Below are positions 51,413 to 61,764 of a stretch of 64,000 bases of DNA, piece by piece; position 1 is the first letter of the stretch, and every line of letters starts with the position of its first letter. This DNA is from Oikopleura dioica (lineage: Eukaryota > Animalia > Chordata): the NCBI GenBank assembly GCA_907165135.1, contig OU015567.1, positions 14,074,001 through 14,138,000 of the forward strand. The letters run 5' to 3'. Made by a program: the position numbers and the translations under genes. The notes under the pieces were generated by a model. It did not search any database. It was not told the origin of the DNA and saw only the letters and a program-made list of their open reading frames with translations.

Positions 51413-51613
51413 ATGTCAACTGGTCGGTCTTTTCTGGTTAAACCACGAATATCGCGATTAAAAACTTCTGCATTGACTGCGCGACCAAGACGTCGTCGGC
51501 GACCAGCCCGACGACGACAACGGCGGCGGCGGAGACGACGAGCACCAACAGGCGTTCGAGGGCGCAGACGACCACGACGCCGGAGACGGAGGCGTCGACG
51601 ACGAGCACTTTAA
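51413..51613 (+). CDS. Protamine-like arginine-rich protein (putative virion core protein)
   Basis: 66 aa with long poly-Arg runs encoded by mixed CGN/AGA codons; lies between integrase and MCP. Confidence 0.75.
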   Translation: MSTGRSFLVKPRISRLKTSALTARPRRRRRPARRRQRRRRRRRAPTGVRGRRRPRRRRRRRRRRAL

Positions 51614-51882
51614 GCATTGAGGCTAGACGCTGCGCGTCTATAGAATGTTTTGAAACATTTCTAAAACAGAATTTTTTAATGATTTTTTAATCATTCTTGC
51701 ATTGTGTCATTTAATTCTTGTTTCGATTATTTTTGCGCACCTTTATATTTTTTTGCAAAATGTTAGACCACTTTTTAGTTCTTTAAAACTTAACCCTTTC
51801 TTTTGGATGCGCGGTTTGGCAAATAATTGACTTTTTTGTTTTCTAAAGGTGAAATGATCAATATTTTAGCAATACTGAAATA

Positions 51883-53792
51883 ATGGAGGAAAATTACGGA
51901 AATCTTTTGTATTATAAAAAACCGGCTAAAAAAGGAGAAGATCCTTATGGGGGCTATAAGCTTGTTCATACGATGGGCCAGTTTCACCATTCTGACGGTC
52001 GAATTGAATTTCAAATGCCACCCGATAAGTTACCCATAAAGCTTGATCGGTGTATGTTGATTTTTCAAGTTCGAATGCCCTCTAATTTTGTGCCTGACAA
52101 CGGTTTCGCGACAAAACTTATTGACAAGCTCAACTTTTATATTCTGGACGATTGCATTTTCTCAACGTGGACAGACGGTCTCGAGTACTTATTTTTTAAC
52201 AATTTTATAAAAAAACTAAATTACTCGCCAACTGCTCAGGAGATTGAATTATTTCCCGAGGGCCATTACGACTCTTTTGATGCCGATGCGGACGAATTGA
52301 ACGAAATCAAATGCATAAGTAGCGGGATGACGTTGGTGGAAAACCGTCAACAATATGCAATGGCTGAATGGGTGGCGCTACCGAACGCACTTAAAATTTC
52401 AAAAAACATTGCGACAACTATTACCTGCGATGGACTATATCATCGTTATTTGGTTCGCTCTCCATTAAGTCATGGTTTAGCAAGACAGCCTCGTGTTTTA
52501 CCATCAGCTTCGAGGTTAAAATTTGAAATTTCGACAGATGCTTCGGATCCTACAGATTCGTCGATGAAATCTGCAAAAGCGATTAAACGAATGGCAATGC
52601 GCTGGAATGATTATCAAAAGTGTAGAACTTTGGAGAGCAATTTTTTTGAAGTCGACGCCGATGGTAAAATAACAAGAGAGCTATTTTCTTGGCCTTTTGT
52701 TAACGGACTTGAAACGACAACCGAATGGGTAGAACATGGAACGGAAGAAGAATGCGATTGCACTCCAGAAAAATATGTTAAAAAAGAGTATCTAGGAATT
52801 GATCAATTGGGCGGCGATTTTGTGTCAAAGTCGCAACGATCCAAATTGTATTTCAAAGGTACTCCAGGCGTCGCAGCCAAAGAGGGTGTAAAGGCTGTCG
52901 CAGCAAAACCGTCTACATGGGCGCCCCACAAGGTAAAACGAGTTATTCCCAGATACGAGCGATTTACGGATGAGAATGATGAAGACAAGACAAAATGGGT
53001 TTATTTCTGGTACAAGACTGGATTAGATTTTAAACTCTCGCAAGATAATCTTCGACATTTGCAGATTGAAAGTGTTTTTTGCACGCCAAAAAAAGATGAG
53101 CGACCATTTATTGTTGGCAAACGACAAGCAAAGATTCCTTTTTATAACCCGAGACTTACAGTTGGAGTTTGGACAAAAGGATATCAGTCGTACATTGTTG
53201 AATGTTCGCGCGGAGAATTTCCAGATATGATTATTTTTACAGGAATGAGCAGCGCTAGAAAAACTCCGAGTTTTGATCGCTGCATAACTAAGACTCAATT
53301 GTACGAGCCTGGTTTTGAAATTGAGCAGGTAGAAATTATGATAGATGGTGATCGTATTCATGGAACTCCTTGGACGTCTGGACAAGATCATTACTTGAAT
53401 TTTCTGCGCCACAACGGCAGATATGCCAACAAGTCAATAGGCGAAGGGTTAAACTTTTTCCAATTTTGCAACCATAATTGGCATGTGCCCATTTATTTGG
53501 GTGACCGTCGAGGAATGTCTGGGCTCGTTACGATTCGAGTTACATTCAAAAAGCAACTGGGCGCCGATTGGTGCCCATTTATAATGAAGTTTCACGTTGA
53601 CAACCTTATTCTTGATGCTAATAGAAATGGTAAAATTTCCTTTTGTTTTTCATTTGTTTCAAAAAGTTTTTAGAGGCGACTGTGGAAAGCAAAGCTGTTT
53701 CAGCAGTTGTTAACAAACCAGATGTTTCCGTTTCTGCCTTGGCCCAAGAAATTATTCCTCAAATTGGGGTAAAACGAAAGCTGGGACGATAA
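51883..53792 (+). CDS. Double-jelly-roll major capsid protein (Polinton PY-like)
   Basis: VPDNGFATKLIDKL, LNYS..LFPEGHYD, PLSHGLARQPRVLP, GEFPDMIIFTGM and IEQVEIMIDG resemble Polinton MCP motifs; intron 53630-53673; basic tail KRKLGR. Confidence 0.8.
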
Positions 53793-53893
53793 AGGCTGCG
53801 GTAGCAGCGCTCGAGCGACAAACGCCAGAGTGTTCTAGCGACAACTCTCTACTGACGCAATCTTACGTTTTTTATAATAAATATGTTGTTGTT

Positions 53894-56800
53894 TTGTTTG
53901 AATTTTATTTGTATTGCATGAAACGGTTCTTACCAAATAGACCTGAGGGTCTTTCTAAAAGTGATGTTGAAAAAAGGAGGCGCCGTCTTATGGCAGATCC
54001 GAGTAGTCAACGTCATTTAGAAAATAATCGGCAGGACATGAGTGATGATGAGGAGGAAATTCGGCGCAATATTTCTCGACAACGATTTGATCCATTGGCA
54101 AGTAGTAGCAGCAGCAGCAGCGAGGACGAGTGCGATGATAATGGCGCAGACAACGTTGATGATGATATTGATGGCTACACTCCCGCCGATCCGCTGGATG
54201 ATAATGAGCAAGGCACTTCAAATATATACGACACTGTTTTGATGGGAATAAATTGGTGGAATTATTTGAAAAGAATTTATCCCAAAACGCCAAAAAAGAT
54301 AGCGCCAACACTCCGGAAAGAGTTATGCAATTATAGTACTCGAGAGCTTGTCAACGAATACGGATCATTTCCTACTAGAGCTGTATTGCCAAAGCTTGAA
54401 CGACATCTAAACGTTGATATTTATGTCTTGTATGGTGGAACTTTTACACCGTTGGGAATTTCGTATCGGCCTCATAGACTTACCAACCGGGAAAACATTT
54501 CTCAGATAATAAACAGATTGGAAAGTGCTTCACCTTTCAATGCAGGGCGACCATGTGTTGTACTTCAATCAGCAAGACCTTATTTTCATCGACTTGGTAC
54601 TTTTCATGTTTTGCCAACTAGGCGGACATTTGAAGATCGGGAGCGAAATTGGGTAAGTATTTGGCAGGCGCTGGTACAAATACGATGGCCAAAATTACCA
54701 CAGCGCGAATATTTTATAAAAATTGCCGCTATAAAGAAGGAGCTGTTTGGCGATGGTCAACGTGACACTCAGTTTACTATTGCGGATGGAATTTTCAACA
54801 AGATTCGTCAACGTTACAGCGTTAATATACGATTATTTGTTGGCAAGATAATCAACGACAATGTCAATTTGAAGCAATGCGTTTATTCGACTATTGGGAC
54901 TGCGAATTGCGTCAATTTAAACATTTTGGTTGCTCCGCCTCAAGAAGACGAGTTTGCTCGAGAATTTAAAAAATTGACGAGCGTATGTTATCGTCAATTT
55001 GATAATTACCCTGGACTCTTACCTCTCTATGCAGCAAACAAGGATTATCAGCGTAGAGCGACCAAGTGCAATCGTTTTCTTGACAAGACGAAAATTGCTC
55101 AGATCTTGCGGTGGACCAAAAACGATAATCATCAATTTCACGACGCGTCTGAAACGTTTTTGGATGATGATGATGATGATAGCATCAATTCCATGGAGCA
55201 GGGACTTCACATTGCTAACGCTGCCGAGGACTGCGATGAAGATGATATTTCCTTTGTCGATTTTGATAGATTGACGGAAAATGCAAGCGAGTTTGGGAAT
55301 GCGCGCAAAAACCCTTTTATTGATGCTGAATGCAATGTCGAAGACAACAACGACGCCGAAAACGACGAACAAGCATTCGAGTATACTTTTAGCGATTGGG
55401 AGTCAAATACAGAGGCAAGAACAGTTTTGACTCAGGTTCCAGCAGCTGAGCAAAATGTTGATGACCATAGCGATGCGGGCACAGGGTCTTCTAGCGTTGA
55501 AAATAGTCTCTACGCAGAGTACAAACCAATACGAAATGTTTTAAGCATCATGCCAAATGTTTTTCTGATGCTACACTTGTCCGAGTGCTTTCGGATCGTC
55601 ATGTGCGGGCGTTACCAAAGTGCAAAACTCGACACTGTTTATTTACAAGCTCTAAAGCAAAAAAGATGAAAAAGCACGAAATGTGTTGTTCAACTGAGCC
55701 AATCGACATTATTCGACAAACGGTGCAAAGTTGGCGAGTGTTGGATCATGTAAAAGAATTGGTTAGCGAAGGTTATTTGCCCTCATTCGATTACGTCCAA
55801 GAGTATTTTATAACATACGACATCGAATGTATAATGTCACGTGGCATGTTTTCGTCGGGCGACAAGTTTCACAAGTTGGCAACCTTGTGCACGTATTCAA
55901 GCGACGGAGAGCGTAATTGCTTTACGCGTAAAGGCGAAGGGTTCGAAGCTACTCTTGTGATGCTTACCGAATTTGTCAACTATTTGATTATTCTTCAGCG
56001 CGAAATGGTTCGCGAGCTTCCCGACTGTATCAACAATGGAATTACTTTTTACGAGCAAGAAATCGAAAATGAAAACAAAAAGGAAAAATCCCGTTGTGTG
56101 CAAAAAGTGGCGTCTTTTCGAAAAAAGCTCAAATATTTGAAAGACTTTCACAAATTGAAAATTTACGCTTGGATGGGCGAAAGATACGACATGTGCATAT
56201 TATTTCCTTCTTTGGTGTCGGTGCTATATCACTTTGTTGGCGGAGATACAAAGCTCATCAATTTTATAAAACGCGCAAATGGATATATGATGGTTGAGGC
56301 AAATAATCTGAGTTTTCGCGATTTCAAAAATTATACCTGTCCAATGTCGCTAGAAAAGTTGGCTCGTTCGTGCGGACTTGACTCTAGTTTATTTGTAAAG
56401 GGTACCTTTCCATACGAATGGTACACGACAATGGATCAGTTACGAAAAGCGACACAAATGGCTGCGTATCCCTGTTTCTATTCTTCAATGACAGTTGCAT
56501 CCAATAGTTTTGTCCAAGAGATGGATGATATTGTTGCCGACAAAATAGCCGCGCAAGAGTGGCCAAACGAGAGGGACGCGCTGATATCGCGAATTATTTC
56601 CTTTCTTCACTTGCAATCTATTCATGAGGATCCTTCGGCAAAGGAGCACTTTGAGAACAAGGGCGAGAGCGAGCAAATTTCAGAAGGCATATATTCTACA
56701 CTTGACCTGTATGAAGATTGGAAATCTCAAATACGAGTTGCGCTGATCTGGTGCGACACATTAAAAGATGGCGATTCGACAAGGAAGACTACAATGCGCA

Positions 56801-59429
56801 AAAATTTTTCAAGTTTTCACCGCGAAAATAAGAGGCAAGTGTGCTTTTGTGGAAAAAGATGCGCCAAGAGTGGGAAGAAGATACTACTGGAATCGTTACT
56901 CGACCAACAATGATGAAATACCTTATCAATTACAATTATAACGACTGCATATTGTTGGAAGGGTCAATTCGCGCATTTGGTAAAAGTAATAAAGAAAAGT
57001 TTGGCCTTGGCATTCATTCAGAGTTGAGCATTTCTCAACTAGCGCAAAAGATTGCTTTTCTCAAGTATAAAGACGATTGCCCGGGCATTTATTCGACCTC
57101 GCCAAAGTTTCCATTTTATCTGCGAGATATGCGTAAAAATCTGACTGGTGGGATTGTACAAGTGATGCATCGAGCAATTTACTTGAATGGCGAAAATCCT
57201 AAAATCCCAGAGGCGGCGTGGAAAACTGAAACTGGGCGAATTTACAAAAATGTAACAACATTTGATTTCAATAGTTTATACCCGCAATCGTTTCGACAAT
57301 ATTTACCTTGTGGTCCTGGAATAATGTATCAACTACAAAAAATTGGCTACTCTTGCTCAAATTCATCGGAAGAAGAAAAACGGTTTTTTGGCATAGGAAT
57401 GTTTAACCAGCGCGAAAACACATCACTGGAGTCTGTTCGCTGGTTGGAATATCTAAATTGGTCAAATCGGCACGATTTTAATGGTGCAATAAAACATTCG
57501 TATAATTTTGAAGAAATGCAATTTGGTCCATATTTTATTGATGGCTACGCTGAAGCGATTTATCCTGAAGCTGCTGATGAGCGAAACTGGATAAAAGTGA
57601 CACCCTTTAAAAGCGTTAAAAAACGTTATCTTTTCGAGTATAGAGGCTGCTCTTTCCACCCGTGTACGCAGTGTAATCGACGACCATTTAGAGCGGCGAA
57701 AAAAGTCATCAATGGGCCCGACGGCCACCCGATTCAAGTTGACTTTACTCGCGACGAGTTGCTTGCCAAGGAAGACGCTCGCATACACGCCATCGTTGAC
57801 GATATAAGACAACGCGACGGTCTCGAGGATTGGGGCGCTCCGCCAGTTTTATTAAACGAGCTTGGAATAGCTGTCATGTGTGAAGGTCCTCAAAACTTTC
57901 CGCATACGCTCGTCATTAAGATGGCTTGCCGCTGGATAAAAGAGTGGCGCAGTTTGGAACTTGACGACGACGAAAGCGCTGCTCCGTATTCCAAAACGTA
58001 TCCGTTTCTCTTTAAAGGCGCAAAAACCCGTTCTGGAATAAAGGCCGGCAAAGAAGGCGTTACTCACGACGATTTTAAAAGAGCGTTACTCGATGAAGAT
58101 GAAAATGGGAATAGTAAATTCTTTGGATTTGCCATGGTGGATCTGTGGTCGCCCCCAGAAGTTGTCGAAAAGTATATTCATACGCCACCAATATTTGCAC
58201 GAAAGGAATTAACTTTGGAACATTTGCAAGGTGACTTGGCAAGAACGCTTTCTGAAAAACAAAAACAAAGAATGTTTCCCTGCGAGGAGAATGTCTTTTG
58301 CTTCAACGTGGAAGACTATTTTATTTCGTCAGAGTTGTTGGTCTATTATTTAAAAATGGGACTCAAATTTCGCGTCAAATACTTTGTTTCATACTACAGG
58401 GATAAACCGTTTAAAGATTTTGTAAATACGTTGGTGGCGGATCGAGTGAAGGCTGCCCAAGCAAATGATACATCGATGGCAAACTGGATTAAATTTGTTC
58501 TTAATTCGGCTGTTGGATACTTTGCAATCAACCGAGCAAAATTCATGAATACAAAAATTCTTTCATCTGGCGATTTGTATACAGCACTGCGAAATCCGCG
58601 CTTAAAAGCGCTCAACACGCTGCGCAATGAGGGTCATAATTGCGATCCGCTGCACGAGGCTCTCTTTAAGAAAAACGTGTCACCCACATAACCGCTCTAC
58701 AAGTTCAACTTTTTGTTTATCAAAATAGCAAACTCTTGTTTTTTTAATTTCGCGACGTTCTTATGAAATATATGAAAGATGGATGGACAAAGTTATGCTA
58801 CGCAGACACAGACTCGCTGATGGTGGCTATGACTGCTGACTCGTTGCGAGAATGCGTAAAACCATCTCTTGTTAAAGAGTGGGATGAGGAAATGGTGCCT
58901 AAATGGTTTGCAAAGGCCGGCGACGCAGCGTCACAAAAAGAACCAGGGCTGCTAAAAGAAGAACACCGTATCAACAAAGGGTGGATGATTGCTCTAAGCC
59001 CAAAATGCTACATCATGACAGAATGCGACAGAAACACGATTGAAGAAGAAATCTTTGATCCAAAAAATCGCCATCGCGTGTATGAACTAATTGACGAGCA
59101 TGAAAGGGCGCAACTTGGAGCGCTGGAGGTGAAACGATCAGCAAAGGGCTGCTCCCAATCTATTAAACTCAGGTAAGCAAAAACGATCATTTTAGAAATT
59201 ATGAAAATTATTAAGACACTTGGACTATTTAGCTGCGCTAGTTTCCGACGATATGGAACAGAGCGTCATCAAAAGCATTTCGCTTTTTCAATTTGATCAA
59301 ATTGCAAAGCGCATGAAAACGAAAACGCTCACAAAACGCGTCATCAATGCTGCACTAAAAAAGCGAATAATTCACGCGGATAAAATCACAACTTCTGCCC
59401 TCCAGAATGCTGACGGAACATATTTATAA
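53894..59429 (+). CDS. Protein-primed family B DNA polymerase, disrupted as assembled
   Basis: ExoI YDIEC, ExoII GERYDM, KGTFPYEW, motif A FDFNSLYP, motif B KFVLNSAVG, motif C YADTDS, KEPGLLKEE, ALSPKCY, SAKG; intron 59173-59215; three -1 frameshifts and in-frame TAA at 56829 and 58745. Confidence 0.93.
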
Positions 59430-59473
59430 ATTTTGTTTTACAAACAATCTCATGTAAATAAATTACTTTTAGA

Positions 59474-60486
59474 ATGGATAACATAAGTCTTTTAAATACA
59501 TTAAAATCTGATGCTAGCGAGGTCGAGAGTCAATCGGTTATCAATGAAAGCGGAAGCGAAATTCGCCAACTTGGACAGACAGAGTTGATGAGAAGCGTTT
59601 ACGGCGGCAATTTGTTTGAAACAGCTCGACAAATTCGCAAAAAATATCGACTGTTTTCAAATTTCCTGGACGATGAGCCGCCCTCCTCGGGCGAAAGTAT
59701 GACAGATTTTATGTCAGCATATGCGCAACAAAAGGGTCAATATGAATTAACTCCACAGCAGATTGAGTGGTTTTATCCTCAGTCAAAATCCAACGAGAAT
59801 TTTGATATTCTGGACGAAGCGCTTTCGCCCAATACGCGTGCTGAAGAAAAATTTTTGCAAGAATTGGTGCCGGAAATAATCCCACCTGACGATTATTTTG
59901 AACCCGAGGAAACGCATGCGCTTCTTGGAGGCGACAGCCCCTTGAATTACCCAATCAAGCACTACATAAGTAAGTTAAACTGCAGACAAAAACGATTTTC
60001 CGATTTTTAGATCAATCATGGCGGCGCTACCCCTTACGAGTTGGCGCTGATAGAATGGGCCGTTATTCAACTTTATGCAACAAGTATGTCATTACAGTTT
60101 TACGCGATCGCGACATAGTTCAATTGGTTCGTGATTTGGTGCACAACTTTTCTGGTCTCTTGAGAGTTAGCGTGGACGCATTTTACAGTACAAAATCCAC
60201 TGCAACTGTTTACAATTGGGAAAAAGGTCAAGTTGAAACTACAACAAAAACTGGCATTGTGTACGCAAACATGTGGGGATCTGTGAATACGACTGAATTT
60301 GTGCGAAACGAAAAAGACCTGGACGATTTATGCGCTGAGATAACTCCTGCTGGATTTGCTGATGGTGTCCTGCGAAACACGTTTCACTCAAGGGATGTGT
60401 TCTCGGAGAGCAATGTTCGTGTGCATAGAATTCTGGCGTATCAAATCCTGCTAAGACAATACCCTACTGCATGGTTGTTTAAATAA
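59474..60486 (+). CDS. Probable stand-alone terminal protein (TP)-like gene
   Basis: Intron 59970-60010 joins two ORFs. The C-terminal half (LRVSVDAFY..VYAN..VRNEKDLDDL..SESNVRVHRILAYQILL) resembles the domain normally at the N-terminus of Polinton pPolB. Confidence 0.55.
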
Positions 60487-60535
60487 AACTCGTAGATTAA
60501 AAAATTTTGTTTATTATAAAAGTACAAAAGAACAT

Positions 60536-60603
60536 AAAACAGTGAATAAGAAAAACAGTGAATAAGAAAAACAGTGAATAAGAAAAACAGTAAATATGAA
60601 AAA
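60536..60603. repeat. 17-bp tandem repeat
   Basis: AAACAGTGAATAAGAAA x3 plus a degenerate copy. Confidence 0.9.
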
Positions 60604-60709
60604 CGGCAAGTTGAACATCGCAGGAGCAGGCCAGAAGAAGAGTGGTGGTGGTGGCGGTGGAGGTCGAGCTAAAATGCGGTAAAATTTGAAAACTTTTTTG
60701 AAAATTTAC

Positions 60710-61673
60710 CTATTTTTTCAATTTTGGAGCATCATTGTCCAAGAGCGTGTCGGTGTTTCGTTTTGTAGCAGTTGGCGTTTCAGGGGGCGGATCATTGTGA
60801 TACTGCAACACGATTGCTGGATTGAGCGTCCGGTTTGGGAAGCAGTGGAGGCACGGTTGAGCTCGAATCCGAATCTTGTCCTTTGAGACCACAAAGTAAG
60901 TCTCTTGATTTAGAAACTCGAGGCTTGTCGTCAACGAGGCAGAGTATCGAGTCGAGGTCGGCGGTGGCTGTTGCTGCTGCTGCTGCACTGGAGACGTCGG
61001 CATCGGTCGAGCCTGGCGATAATAATCGTAATGAGCTGGATACTGTTGGCTGGGGAAGAACGTTGGCGGAAATCTCTGCGGTGGTTGATATGGAGCTGGA
61101 GGAGGTGGCGGGTGAGGCGCCGCTGGAAAAGCAAGAGGAGGTTGAAATTGGTTCCAGTAGTTGGTATACGGGCAGTTGCTCCATTGACCATCCTCCGAGA
61201 GTTGGCGAGGCCAAGGGGTCATTCCATTGAGATTTGCATCTATCGGCGCGGGAATCGGTGCAGGTGTCGAACATTGGGGCGGACGGGTGGGAATCGGTGT
61301 AGGCGCTTGCGAGGGATAAGACTGCATCAAAGTCGTCGCTGCCAAGGTAGTCGTCAAGGGTGAATGAAGAGTCGGAGAATTCGGCTTGCTGCATATCGGC
61401 GTGTGCTCTTTCTTGACTGTCGCTTGCAAAGACGATTGCTGGGGAACGACTTGATCGCTGCTCAATTCGGCTGTCGACGCTGACAACGAGTCCGGCGTCT
61501 GAGCTTGCGGAATACATGCGTTTTGAGAGCTTGTCGTAACCGTCTGCTCCTGCAAAGCGCTTGTTACTTCCTCGTAGTCGTCGTCGTCGCAAAGATTCAC
61601 AACTTCTGGCGGCGTCTTGACAATCGATTAATTTGTTTCGATTTTAACAAGAAAATTTTACCTGAGACTCCAT
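60710..61673 (-). CDS. Pro/Gln/Thr-rich disordered protein with a SIM-like motif and CxxC
   Basis: ATG 61673, intron 61616-61661 gives MESQTPPEVVNLCDDDD. A further intron 60669-60709 suggests an extra exon if one A is missing. Confidence 0.65.
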
Positions 61674-61764
61674 CTTGACTCTTGTTGTAGCTGGAAAATT
61701 TGTCAGCAGGAAATGAGTGAGGCAGCGGCGGCGGCGGCGAGTATTCGGATGGAAAAAAGCAAGG

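Noticed and set aside
56829-58747. TAA reassigned to an amino acid in the Polinton
   Set aside because: Only two cases, and TAA terminates many of the element's genes (integrase, MCP, polB). Nonsense mutations are the simpler explanation.
60792-61592. Second overprinted ORF (266 aa) and antisense ORFs
   Set aside because: The region is GC-rich and low-complexity, has a non-ATG start and shows no motif, so these are probably shadow frames.
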